From the NCBI GenBank assembly GCA_963514005.1, contig OY740808.1, positions 14,570,001 to 14,634,000 on the forward strand: a DNA stretch of 64,000 nt, in the 5' to 3' direction. A model generated the notes under the pieces. It searched no databases and was not told the DNA's origin. It saw only the letters and a list, made by a program, of their open reading frames with translations. Of this stretch, positions 1 to 12,495 are shown piece by piece. The stretch's first letter is position 1, and each line of letters starts with the position of its first letter. The DNA is from Raja brachyura. Taxonomy: Eukaryota. Made by a program: the position numbers and the translations under genes.

Positions 1-320
1 TCTTGTTCAGAGTAGGGGAATCGAGGACCAGTGGACATAGGTTCAAGGTGAAAGTGAAAAGCTTTAATAGGAATCTGAGGGGTAACTTTTTCACACAAAG
101 GGTGGTGGTTGTATGGAACAAGCTGCCAGAGGAGGTAGTTGAGGCTGGGACCATCCCATCGTTTAAAAAATGTTAGACAGATACATGGATAGGACAGGTT
201 TAGAGGGATATGGACAAAGCACAGGCAAGTGGGACTAGTGTAGCTGGGACATTGTTGGCCAGTGTGGGCAAGTTGGGCCGAAGGGCCCGTTTCCACACTG
301 TATCCCTCTATGATTCTATG
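1..320 (+). mobile_element. CR1-clade LINE 3' end (HER1-like)
   Basis: Encodes GESRTSGHRFKVK..RNLRGNFFTQRVV.VWNKLPEEVVEAG-type ORF2 C-terminus; GGGCCGAAGGGCC hairpin and CTATGATT-type tail. Confidence 0.85.
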
Positions 321-749
321 AATACATAATTCCTGAGGCACTGCTTCCAACCCTGGACCCATATTCCTTACGTACTTTATCCAGAAATTTAAACCAGCAA
401 ACTTCCACCCTATTGTATTTCACACCTCACGAACAACAAGCGTTAAAGTCATATTTTGTACTGATTCAAGAGATTTCTTTATATGGACAAAAGAGTGAAA
501 AATAAAAATCACTGATTGGGTAGGCAGGACATATCAGATGAATGTCTGATGACAATACTAAAGCGGCTATTTTAGGGAAAGCTGAGAGGACAAACGCTCA
601 CAGTGGACAGAAAAAGAGATTCAAATAATCGTGAAGAGTGTTAACACTGACACCACTGGCAACATGCATTGGATCGTGCTGTTTTCTGTAATAAAAGCAG
701 CACTCGTTCTCCTGAGGAAGCTAGAATGGAGGAAGCAAAATGTCGAAGT

Positions 750-1600
750 CAGAGCTATACAGCACAGAAATATGTCTTTCAGTCCACCTTGCCCATGCTG
801 ACCAAGTTGGTAGAGTGGGCTAGTCCCATTTGCCAGCATTTGGCCTTTAGCCCTTTAAATCCTTCCGACCCATCTATCTGTCCAAATGTATTTTCAGTCA
901 TAATTGTATCAGTTTCTATAGCTTCCTATGTATGGTCTCATAATAAATACAGACTACAGAGTGCGAAAGTTGCCCCCAAACCAAAATCTCTCCCCTTTCA
1001 CCTTAAGCCCATGGCCCCCATTGTGGGAAAAAGACTGAGCATTCACTTTCTCAATGCGTTTCATGATCTTGCACACCTTAATAGGTTCACTCCTCAGCTG
1101 CCTATATTCCAGAAAAAAATGCTCCCGGCATATCGAACCTCTCCCGAAAACTCAAGTCCAATGTCCAGGATATATCCTGATGAATCTCCTCTGTACCCTA
1201 TCCAACATGATGACAGCCCTACTGTAGCTGGGCGACCAGAACTGCACACAATACTCCATGTGTGGTCTCACCAGTGACTTGTACAGCTGCATCATGATGC
1301 CCCCAACCTTGGTGCTCAATACCCATCCCAACGAAGGCAAGTGTGCTAAACATCATCTTCACCACTCTGCTCCCCTAATTTGCCTCCTTCAGGAAACCAT
1401 GTCTCTATTCTCCCACGTCTGCGATCTGCAACAATCTTCAGGGTTTTATCATTTACTATGCAAGTATTGCCCTGGTTTGTCACAAAGTGCAACACCTCAC
1501 ACTTGCCAGTTAAATCTTATTTGCCATTCCTTGGCTCACCTTCCCAACTAATCTAGATCCTGTTGGAAACAGATATCCTCCCTCATTGTCCATTAATTTC
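750..1600 (-). mobile_element. Degenerate CR1 LINE fragment
   Basis: ORF 1152-1340 reads LYKSLVRPHMEYCVQFWSP..VQRRF, the CR1 ORF2 C-terminal signature. Confidence 0.85.
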
Positions 1601-1943
1601 CATCATCCTACTTCTACTTCCTAACCAAATCCCTTTCCACATCACTGGGATTCTTCAAACTACCTGGCTGCGGATATTTTTCTTCAGCCAGGAAACCTCA
1701 TAGCACTTTTGAAATCTGTAAAAATAGTCAGCATGGACACAGCGGGCCGAAGGGCTTGATAACAATTGAAAGGAAATTAAGTATTCTGATCTGCAGGACT
1801 GAGGCTTGCAGCAGGTAAGAATGATATTGTTCTGTCTACAACATATGAAGAGCTGGCAAGACAACAATGCTCTGAATGGCCTCCATCTCTGCACCACACT
1901 CCCTCTCTGGAACCTGTTTGAATGCAAAACATGTCACACTAAC

Positions 1944-4900
1944 CTGGGAGTGTCTGCCAATAGACTGCACCGCCAGTTGTTCGAAAGACTAATGGATGTT
2001 GATGTGCAGGAAGATGGAATGTGCTGGCTGCACCGTGACACCACTCTGGCCAATTTACTGGACGGTGGCCAAATAGGTCTGTCCGATGGGACAGGGGGAA
2101 TAAGTCTCTTCAAATCCTCCCCAAACAGAGTCAAGAGCGGCCACTGGGCCTTTGTCACCCGCCCACAGTTGTGCTGCCGTGTCCACAGCCTGTAGCAGGC
2201 TGGAGATGAAAGTGCAAGAACAGTGTGCAGCGAAGCAGGTGACCAAAGGGCCTGGCCACGGTTGGCCTGGCATCGGGAGAGCCACCGCGAGCGCCGAGGA
2301 ATAGTCGAGAAATTTGTCCTTTCAGACCCACAGTGCTGATCAACTCTTCCACCGTCACTGATGAAAGAAAGCAGCAAAATCAGGTCAAGGTTCGGCAAAA
2401 CAGGAGAGTCAAAATGGACCGGCTGCTTCCTGCTTCTGGAGGAAAGTAAAGGCTGCAGTTTGCTACAAGCATGAGCACTGATGGTCTGATCGTTCCTTTG
2501 GGGCAGTAAGTGGCAAAATACACCACAGGAGCTTGCTAGTTCGCTACTTAAGCAAATCCGTAGACCCTTAATTATTTTTGTTTGATGAAACCTTCTACAC
2601 AGGCCCACTGACGCACAGAGTTCTTGTTGCATTCCTGCGCCGTTGGAGAGCACACGCAGGCCATTGGCAATGGCCGACAAGTGTTCCAATAGCAGGGGCT
2701 TTTTGCAGAGTTTGTGATGTGCTAAATCATTAAGTGGTAGGAGAGACTGATTCTTTGCTTTCATTTCTTCCACATGTTGCACTGTGTGGCCCAACTCTGA
2801 ACTGATGATGTCACTCCCTCTCTTGCAGAACTCCACACATGCTGAAGTCCTGTCCAGACAGGACTGCTCCAGTCTGGGCACAATTGGAGTACAATTTGAG
2901 AAGAGCACTGGGCGGTTTAATTTCCTCCTTTTTAACCTGGCAAAACCCTTCCTCTTGATTTTACAGCTGGATACCTTCCTCTTGGCAGAGCAGGCGGCTT
3001 CAGCTTCACTGGCCAACACGGATCCAAGCTCAGGCCTGCCATCCAGTCTCTGCTCATCTCGTGCATCTGCCACACAGCTTGCCTCCTGCTCCCAACACTC
3101 AGTAACTGTCAACACACCAGGCTCGGACTCACGGTGACGGGGCTCGACAGCTCGACGCCCATTATCTTCACAACACATTGCATCACTTTCATTGCGGGCA
3201 CACACATTTGGTCTGTTGACAGTTAATGTTCCACATTCCTTAATTTGGAAGATCTTAATATTACAGGATTCTCCCGACATCTTGCATTCCACTAAGTTTT
3301 TAGTCCTTTTTCCGGGTAGATTTGATGCTGCTGTAAGCTCACTTTCAGTATCATCAGTCAGCCCTGCTGTGACCAGTCCCCTCGTCTCATGTGGTGGCCT
3401 CACCAACCTCTTCTCCTCAGTGAAGCTATTATCACTCATCATACCCTCCACAGGAACCACGCAGAGCTTTTCATCCGCCGGACGTGTCAAAGATCCTGGT
3501 GAAAACACAACACAACTGGTTGACATTGCAGAGGAATGCACTGCTTTTGTTGATCCACAGATTTTGTTGATGCTATCTGGATAAAGTGCAAGCAATCTAT
3601 TCTCTGCCATCTCCCCGTTAGTTGTTGCCCCTTCTGAAGGCTCCATGTTGTAGGCCACTCCCTCGCCAAGCAAATCATTGCTTACCACATCTGTAGGTAT
3701 ATCGACTAACTCGTCATCCAACAGCATGTTGGGCAGTACACTTTCACACGCAGGATCAAGTTCATTCTCAGACTGCGGACTGCCTCCAGGTGCTTCATCC
3801 TCTACCCCACATCTTTCCACAGCTGGATCGCCTCCAGTATAAAAATCCATGGCAACAGTAGTGACATCTGTAGGTATATCAACCAACTCATCCTCCATTA
3901 GTGCCCCCTCGGTTGCCAAATCATAAAACACTCCCGTGGTTAGCTTAACTCCTGCAGAAAGTTCTCTACTGACATTGGGACCTTCAGTGGCATCAACCAA
4001 CACAGTCTTTCCAAACAACATCTTCGTCAATGCCTTTTCACTGGGTATCTCACTCTCTCCAGTCACATCCACAGATACATATGGGGAGACCTCTGGCATT
4101 GCACTCTCGAGGACAGCACATGTGGTTGTTACCACTCCCAAGTGGATGGGTTTGATAATAACTTCAGTAGTCAAGCAAGTGGACACAGTACGTGTGGGCA
4201 CATTAATCAGCTTATCTTGTGTTGGGAGTTCAAAGGATGGAAATTCTGTAGTAGTTTCTTCTCTTGTGTGCACCACAGAGGCCAAGTGATTCCCATCAAG
4301 TCTCTCTCTGGATCTCACGTTTTCAGCAGGAAAGGCTGTGATTACTTCATTCACCCTGGTTTCCGTATGATCTGAAGAAGCCTCAATCAATGCACCATTG
4401 GCAGTAGCATTGGTCATTGTGACTCTCAACAGCTCTACTTTGAGCACCACATCCTCTGCAGCCACCTCACAGGTTGAGGCACTTATTGATTGATCAGCCA
4501 GCTGGTCTTTTCGCTGTAAAGCACAGGTCCCACACCGATCAACCACTTTGCCTTCCACTGCCTCGCTGGGCAACCAACGCTCTCCATGAACATCGCTGGT
4601 CACCTTGCCCTCCATAGGTATTTCAGTAGTCAGCTTACTTGGAATCAAACCATTCTGCTCCAGAGTCCGAATGGCAGTTCCACTACGAGCAAACACTTCA
4701 TCAGGCACGTCATTCCCTATAATCGACTGGTTGGTTGCCATGGCAGCGGAAGGAATCCAGTCGGGCACATCACTGGTCACTATACCTTTTAAAGGCACTT
4801 GGTGAACGGAATCAAGCTCAGAGGCTGTTTTCTGGAGAGGTACCACAATCGGTTCACTCCCGCCCAGTGCCTCCCCTGTACTCTTGCCTTCTGTAGCTAC

Positions 4901-5205
4901 CCTTTGCGGCTTCTCTGCCCTGACATGCATTGCTGGAGCTTCACACTGCAGAACCTTGGGTCGGGTATTTTTTTCCGACGTAGTGCCATTTGCTCCATTT
5001 TCTGTGCACATTTCACTGGCCAAAGCTGTAAACAAATACTGACTGCTGGCTGACTGTGGCACACGGCTGCACAGCAGAGAGTTGGATCTTGTTTCACAAC
5101 AAACATTAGCAGCAGGGAATCCTCCCCCGGCGTCATCCATCACACTGTGATCTCCTGCTCTCTCACTGATCCATGGGGTAGTTCTGCAGTTCGAGTCATC
5201 TTCAC
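1944..5205 (-). CDS. PRR14L: PRR14L-like protein, giant coding exon (3262 bp, phase 1 in, phase 2 out)
   Basis: Uninterrupted ~1087-codon frame; acceptor ttgtggcag|GT at 5205, donor CAG|GTTAGT at 1944. Low-complexity acidic body and basic cluster KRKVSSCKIKRKGFARLKRRK. C-terminal LHTVLALSSPACYRLWTR..RVVSRCSQHIPS resembles the end of the giant PRR14L exon as recalled. SLC5A1 nearby fits the known linkage. Confidence 0.85.
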
Positions 5206-5319
5206 CTGCCACAAGACGGATAATTAAAACCAGTTCACCAAGCACAAAGAAACATTTGGAGACATTTCTACAAATGGAGACATTTTATTTCCCCAATCCA
5301 GTTCTATCTACATTTATTC

Positions 5320-5560
5320 TAGAGAATTTTATGGTTCAAGGGTGGTGAATCTGTGGAATACATTGTCACAGACGGCTGTGGAGGTCAAGTCAGTGGGTAT
5401 TTTTAAGGCGGAGATTGACAGATTCTTGATTAGTAAGGGTGTCAAGGGTGATGGGGAGAAGGCAGGAGATTGGGATTAAGAGGGAAAGCCATGATTGAAT
5501 GGCAGAATAGACTTGATGGGCAGAACGGCCTAATTCTGCTCCTAGAACATAGGAACATAA
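5320..5560 (+). mobile_element. CR1 LINE 3' end
   Basis: GTGGTGAATCTGTGGAA..GGCTGTGGAGG..AAGGCGGAGATTGACAGATT..GGCCTAATTCTGCTCC, shared with many copies in the window. Confidence 0.8.
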
Positions 5561-5562
5561 GC

Positions 5563-5885
5563 AGGGTGGCATGGTTAAGCAGTAGTTAGTGCTGCTGCCT
5601 CACAGCTCCTGCAGAATGGGTATGAGCCTGAGCTCCAGTGCTGTCTGTGTGGAGTTTGCACCTTTGACCTGTGATTGCATGGATTGCCCCAAGTGCTTTA
5701 GTTTCCGTCCCCATCTCAGAGACATTCTTGCTGGTAGGTTAGTTGGCTGCGAATTGCCCCTAGTGCGGGTGACTGGGGGGCAAAAAGGATAGGCGCAAGA
5801 TAACAGGTGAACTGGGATTTATTTTTGGAAGGGAATTGTTGAGAGAACTAGTATCGACGCCATGGGCCAAATGGCCTTCTATCCC
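5563..5885 (+). mobile_element. tRNA-derived V-SINE (HE1-like), diverged
   Basis: tRNA-like head, GTGCTGTCTGTGTGGAGTTTGCAC V-domain, CR1-like tail. Confidence 0.7.
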
Positions 5886-7398
5886 TTGGGAAGTACAAAA
5901 TAAATCAACGTAAGAATGGGAAGGGACAGTTCCAATTGTTCCCTGAAGCCCTAAAGCAGATCAGTTCAACGCAGCAGCATCTTGTAATCCTGACTCAAGT
6001 TTGAAATTGGAGCCACCACTTAGATTCCAGTGACAGTTTCAAAGGTTAGAATAACTCTTGTTTCCCCAAAAACACAACTGCAATCAGAATTTAAAAATGA
6101 TAAAGAAAACATGACTGCAGCTGGATATCTTTAAAAAAAAAAAAACTAGGCTGCAGCAAAAACTGGCCTTGCAGCAATAAAAAAAAGAATAAGACTATGG
6201 GGAAGACAGAATGGTTGGAGTGTTCTTGAAAAAAAACCCTCGATGGGGCCACACGCATGCCGAGAAAATCTATGAAAAATATTCTGGTATTGGGTTGACA
6301 ATACAATGCCTTAGCTTATCAGAACATTTAAAGGGGGTTGTTAACAACCTCTTGATTGATGATGGGCAAGCACACTTGTTGGACCTTATAGGTTTGGGAT
6401 TTATCTTTGATAAAGACAAAACATATTTAGTCTACTTGGCTCTAATTTTCAGGCAAACTGGGAGATTGCAATATATATTTCCAACTTCAATCTTTTACCA
6501 CTGTCAATAAAGGCAGATGCAACCAACCCTTGAAAAACTGTACATGGTTCTGGTCACCATCACAGAGAAAACCTGCAGCTCCAGACTATGCCTCACAGCA
6601 CCCACTGCCATTTTGTGACTGTTTCACAGACGTTTGCGCAGAGAGTAGTGTCAGAGTGTATCTGTGCAAGGTTCCATGATAAAGTGAAGGAGGCAATTTA
6701 AAGATGGATTTTAAAGATGCCGACAACAAAATCTTGGCTAGCACACCATTTTAACAGGTGCTACAGGATCTTATTTACACAAATAGGCCTTGGTTCCTTA
6801 AGCAAATTCACACAACGTAATGAAGAATATGGATTTGAACATCCAATTCATCTTCCTTTCGCTTGCTTTTCAAATGATGCGCTAGGATCTTTAGCCTCAA
6901 TCTAAACAACCAGGTTGTGACTCAGCCATCTAATGCCGACACCTTTTTTGGTATCGTAGCTGTGGAATACAAAAGGAGTGAGGTAACTCGATATCTTGTC
7001 AGAGTTCTAGGGGTGAGTGGGATGTCACACAAACAGAGCTGCTTCAATTAAAACCTATTTGTTCGATTACACCCGCAAAATCTCCATCATAAAATGTCCG
7101 CAAAACAAGTGGCAGAATTTATCGTTGATATTGATAAATCTCAGATGACGGAACAAAAGTAAAAGTCCCATGGGAAGAGCAAATTTGCAAACGCTACTTG
7201 AGTAGATGTCCACACCATATGCATGCTGGGCATGATATTCATGTCCTTTATGGTTTCTGTTGCATCCCTGATGATGGCAACGTCCCAGTTATCGGCCCGA
7301 AAATTGTAGAAGTTTAAAGCATGATGTCTACTTGGGGACAAGCTAGAGTCCACCAATGGAATACTACAACAATGTCATGACAAGATAATCATACTCAC

Positions 7399-7466
7399 CA
7401 CTTAAGCCAGCAGGATGCACACGAGGCTGGATGCGGTCTTCTGGAAACTCCACCTTCAGCGGGACA
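7399..7466 (-). CDS. PRR14L: PRR14L-like small coding exon (68 bp) VPLKVEFPEDRIQPRVHPAGLS
   Basis: Polypyrimidine tract and ctctgaag| acceptor, donor TG|GTGAGT; phase 2 in and phase 1 out match the neighbouring exons. Confidence 0.75.
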
Positions 7467-8439
7467 CTTCAGAGGAGGAAAAGTTAAATAAAAATAAATA
7501 TTTGGCAAAGAAATAAGGATTCTTTGACCACCTCAAACCCTCTCCACAATACATTCCCACATGCACCAGATTGTTCAGAGTTTATTTCAATGTCATTTTT
7601 AATTGCGGGTGATGGTGTGACCACAGCTACAATTATTTATTTTTGTGATAAACTAATTCTCAATTGTAATGCAATAGTCATCAAGTTTTTATCCACTTAA
7701 AAACAGATAGCTTTTTCACTCAGCTTTTTAAACGATTGGAGACTACATTCTACAGACTACCCAAGGGGGTTCGGCCCGAAACGTTGCCTATTTTCTTCGC
7801 TCCATAGATGCTGCTGCACCCGCTGAGTTTCTCCAGCACTTTGTCTACCTTCGATTTTCCAGCATCTGCAGTTCCTTCTTAAATACCTTTTCTAAAAGAG
7901 GCAAATCTCCAAAGAAATGGGACATCCAAAGAGATTCTGAAGGCAGGCAGGTAGGAGGGAAAGTAGATTAAAGTGTCACCGATATGTACATGCAAAGCTT
8001 AGGTGGCCGTTGAAGTAAAATGAAACATATCAGGCTAATATTATGTTAAAGTTAGAGCAGGCCCCCAATACTGTGAGCAATTCCTTATGCAGAAGTTCTG
8101 CACACCTTGGAGGGAGCAATAATATGCAGTCCAGAGTTAAATTACGAAACACAGTTGCAATGCCTGGAAGCAAAAATTTAACAGGTCTACTGACTGATGT
8201 TGAGAAATACTAAGGGGAAGGCAAGGCAGGTGGGAAGATATTTCTGTTGTTGGAGAATCTAAGACTTCTGGTATCAGAGTGAAGTCTTCCTGACGAAGAG
8301 TGATTAAATACTTCTACAGGAAGAAAAAGATGGACATTGGAACTCATCAAATGTGGCTATGTCATATTAATGTTTGATAACCAAAAAGATATTAAGGAAT
8401 GAAGAAAAAGTTAGACTAGCCTGGATTACATTAAACCAT

Positions 8440-10487
8440 TAAATAGTAAGATTTTGTTCTCCACCATTGACAGGTTACTAATTCTGCTTCAACCCCTGAT
8501 TTTTTAGGCCAAGCTTCTGCTGAAAAATGTGAACGGTTTCCCCATTATTTTAAAGATGAGGTTCAGATTATCAGAGCTGGTATCATTTAGATTCTATTGC
8601 CCTTTGCTGCCAACCTCATAAGACTCAGGCAAAAAATGAGCAGTTTCATAAGTATTTCTACCTCTGAACTTAGGAAAGTTTTGGCTGAGAGTAAATCCAC
8701 TTCTCGTCATTTTGATGCGGTCCCTACAAAGTTTTAAAATAATTTCTCTAACAGTTTATCCAGTTTTGTTCTTACAATTATAAACATTTCTCTTGAGACT
8801 GGAATTTTCCCAGATGCTTATAAAACTGCTGTCGTAAAGCCTCTGTTAAAGAAACCAAATGTAGACGGTGGATTACTGAGTAGTTACAGACCCATATCAA
8901 ATCTACCCTTTTTCAGCAAGGTACTGGAGAACCAAATACAACACTTTCTGAATCAAAATGACATTTTAGAGACATTTCAATCTGATTTCAGAGCAAATTA
9001 CAGCACTGAGACTACCGTGATAAAAAGTCAGTGACCTTAGAGTTAGCACGGACGAGGACAAAGCATCAGTGCTGATCCTCTTAGAGCTCACAGCAGCTTT
9101 TTGACACCATAGATCACAGTATTCTTATAGATCGCCTAGAAAACTGGGTCAGCCTGTCAGATCAGGTACTACGTTGGTTCCAATCATATATAAGTGGAAG
9201 GAAGTACTTTGTTAGCCTTGGGGACTATGTGTCACAGCTGCACGGCAAACCCTTTGGTGCAGCACAAGCTAGCTGCCTTGGCCAGTTACTCTTTTCCTTG
9301 TATATGCTGCTGCTTGGAGGAGTTATCAGACAGCATAATATAAAATTTCATGTTGATGACACTCAGTAATACCTCTGTCAAACCCTCTGATGCAAATGTC
9401 TCAAGTTCTTTGACCTCCTGCCTATTTTCCATTAAAAAATGGATGAATGCTAACTTTCTTAAACTCAACGATAACAAGGCTGAAATTTTATTACTTGGAT
9501 CAAAACCCAAGAGAGAGATGTTACTCCGTAAACTGGGAAATCTGACTGCCTATGTCAAACTAGAAGTCACAAGCCTGGGGGAAAATAATTGAAAATTATC
9601 TTAATCTCACATAAATAAGGTAACAAAGTGTGGCTTCTAGCACCTCAGAAATATTGCTAAAGTTTAGCCTTTCTTCACAACGCGACTGTAAAAAACTCCT
9701 ACATGCTTCCATATCAAGCAGACTTGATTACTGTAATGCCTTATTTACTGCCTTCAAAATCCACCAACAAGTTACAGCTCATTCAAAACGCTGCAGCCCG
9801 GCTTTAACCAAACACCAAGAAAAGGGAGCATATCACCCCAGTAGTATACTCCCTTCATTGGCTCCCTGTGAGATCCGGGATAGAATATAGAGTCTACCTT
9901 CTTGTCTATAAAGCCCCAAATGGCTTAGGAGCAGCATATTTTACAGTCCCTCCTTCCCTGTGCCCCTATTTGAGGGGGCAAGTTTTCTGATGCCGGCCTG
10001 TTAGCCTCTCAATGCCGCAGCAATAAGAAAATTGGGGAAGCAGCATTTTTCAATTACGCCCCCAAGCGGTAGAATACCCTACCCAGGGCTATGAGAGACA
10101 ACCACAGTTGACATTTTTAAATGGCAGCTAAAAACTTATCTTTTCAATCAAGCTTTTAACTGACTTTACTTCTTCTGATGACATTGTAAAAATTACCTTT
10201 ATTCTCTTGTATTTATCTCAGCATACCCATTTGCAGCTTGTGTGCTCATATAGTATATGGGGACTGTGTATTTGACCAGTGTTTTTGTTTTTTGTCCTTT
10301 CGCACTCAATTTTTTTTTTTTTAATTTTATATATTTTTAATATAAATCTGTGTTTTTTATGTTATTAATTGTCTATGTCCTTACTGTTTTAAATTATATT
10401 TTTGTTCATCCTGTGTTTTTGTGAAAAGCACTTTGGGTTGCATTCAATTGTAAGAAAATTGCTATAAAAATAAAGTTATTATTAATT
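8440..10487 (+). mobile_element. L2-clade LINE, 5'-truncated, decayed reverse transcriptase
   Basis: KTAVVKPLLKKPN..YRPISNLPFFSKVLE, FQS.FRANYSTET, decayed FH(CYA)DDTQ, WMNANFLKLN..KAE, SRLDYCNAL, HITPV..SLHWLP; tail AAGCACTTTGGGTTGCA..GCTATAAAAATAAAGTTTATTATT. Confidence 0.9.
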
Positions 10488-10674
10488 TTAAACAAACTCA
10501 AGGGCTTAAACAGCCTTCTCCAGCTTAGGTGGACTATAGTCAAAACCAGTAAACTTACAATAGTTAAATATGTCAATATGGCAATTAGGGTCACATACAG
10601 TTAAACAGGAAGGCTCAATCCTTGGCAATTTGAGCGATTCGTTTGAAACATGCACACAACAAGTTGATACTCAC

Positions 10675-10721
10675 TCACTGATGTCCGACAACCAGGTCTC
10701 AGGTCCCACTTCACCTTCAGC
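10675..10721 (-). CDS. PRR14L: PRR14L-like small coding exon (47 bp) AEGEVGPETWLSDIS
   Basis: Acceptor atgtccacag|GC, donor GA|GTGAGT; phase 0 in and phase 2 out bridge the 17681 donor and the 7466 acceptor in frame. Confidence 0.65.
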
Positions 10722-11596
10722 CTGTGGACATAGAATAGAATAAAGGTGAGAGAACCGTAACACTGCTCCAGCTTCACACAACTGCATCCATCCCACGTGT
10801 AGAGAGCTCCCCATCAAAGATAATACATCTTTCCCAGGAATTATGATACCTGGCAGTAGAAGAATCGAGCCATTTCTACTACTGGCTCACATTTTAGATA
10901 CAGTATTATTGCACCCAATCCTGGTTTGTGATTAGTTCCCCAAAACAGAGGCTTTGAGCGAGATGAGGTAGCTTGATATTTGTTGAAGATGGCTATTGGC
11001 CGGCATTGTGGCGCAAATGTCATGATTCATTTAACCACCAATGCCTGAATGTTTGTCCAGGTCTTTCTACAGACAGGCAAGGATTGCTTCATGTTAGAAA
11101 GTACTCATGACAGGAGTGGAAATGGTGCAATTGGCTCACATTCACTTCTGGATGTCATCTTAATGCTACTTCTGGCATCATCCTACATGCAGTTTTGATT
11201 GCCAAAGCTTCCCACATCGGAACAGCAGATAGAATTTCCGAAGTACTCTTCCAATGTTTATCGACTTGCGACAGGACATTCTGAAGTATTTTCCCTGCAA
11301 CTAGCTCACAGTTCAGTGGGCATATGGATGATGTGGAAAATAAATACAGATGTGCAGATTGTTCCAATTGGATTGCAATCCAGTCCGGACGACAAGGGGT
11401 TCAATAAACACTGTTCCCCCACCCAACACCAGTTGTAAGAGAACAAAAAAAAGTGCTGGAGACATAGCAGGTCGAGCAGCATCTGAAGGAGAAAGGAATG
11501 GTCGACGTTTCAGGTCAGGGCCCTGCACTGGAGAGGGAGCGTGAAGAAAGCCAGTATCAGAAGGGCTGGGCAAGACCAAGGACAGCAGGTAATTGT

Positions 11597-11790
11597 GTAA
11601 GAAAGAACTGCAGATGCTGGTTCAAATCGTAGGTAGACACAAAATGCTGGAGTAATTCAGCGGGTGAGGCAGCATCTCTGGACAGAAGGAATGGGCGATG
11701 TTTTGGAGTGAAATGTCATCCATTCCTTCTCTCCAGAGATGCTGCCTCACCCGCTGTGTTACTCCAGCATTTTGTGTCTACCTTCAACAG
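11597..11790. repeat. Fold-back (inverted repeat) element of the Penelope-derived short repeat family
   Basis: Arms 11631-11695 and 11719-11783 are reverse complements with ~3 mismatches; same sequence occurs single-armed at ~7760-7880, 18535-18630, 25240-25395, 58120-58210, 60480-60600. Confidence 0.8.
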
Positions 11791-12119
11791 CAGGTAATAT
11801 ATGGATCGAGGAGGGGCAAAGGATGACAGACAGATGGAGCCACGTGGGAGGCCAGAGTAGTAACAAGGGAAGCAGCACAACTTTTAGAATAGATATTCAA
11901 TAATTTTAATCACTGGGTTGAAAATAAGTAGCATTTCAAGTTATTAATCTGAAAATAGTTCAAAACTATTTTATCTTTTTCTGTGCTTGGCGAATTGTGT
12001 ATTTTTCCCAAATTGATCACAAAAAAAACAGAAAGTGCTCAGCAGGTCAGGTAGTGTCTGGAGAGTGAAACAGTGAGGTCAATAATATTCCACAGGCATT
12101 TCTAGCATTTTCTGCTTTC

Positions 12120-12310
12120 ACATTCAATTTTAATTGTCATTGTCAGTGTACAGTACAGAGACAACAAAATGCATTTAGCATCTCCCTGGAAGAGCGACAC
12201 AGCAAATGATTTGAATAAATAATAATAAGTGTCCGGGGGGGGGGGTGATTGGCAGTCACCGAGGTACGTTGTTGAGTAGCGTGACAGCCGCCGGAAAGAA
12301 GCTGTTCCTG
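12120..12310 (-). mobile_element. Rex1/Babar-like LINE extreme 3' fragment
   Basis: Minus strand encodes RNSFFPAAVTLLNNVPR*, followed by a 3' UTR ending ACAATTAAAATTGAA. Confidence 0.65.
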
Positions 12311-12495
12311 GAAGAAAGAAGCTGTTCCTGGAGGAAAGAAGCTGTTCCTGGAGGAAAGAAGCTGTTCCTGGAGGAAAGAAGCTGTTCCTGGAAGGAAAGA
12401 AGCTGTTCCTGGAAGGAAAGAAGCTGTTCCTGGAAGGAAAGAAGCTGTTCCTGGAAGGAAAGAAGCTGTTCCTGGAAGGAAAGAAGCTGTTCCTG
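12293..12495. repeat. Tandem repeat, 10 copies of GGAAAGAAGCTGTTCCTGGA(A), 20-21 bp unit
   Basis: GCTGTTCCTG cores at 12301, 12321, 12341, 12361, 12381, 12402, 12423, 12444, 12465, 12486. Confidence 0.95.

Noticed and set aside
621-720. Possible next PRR14L exon (good minus-strand acceptor, phase-compatible RTSAAFITENSTIQ..)
   Set aside because: No convincing donor before the in-frame stop at 621-623 and no recognisable homology; left uncalled
669-1277. 202-aa plus-strand ORF
   Set aside because: Mostly the antisense of a CR1 fragment
1655-1927. Minus ORF/acceptor just after the giant exon
   Set aside because: Would need a 30-nt intron; no homology
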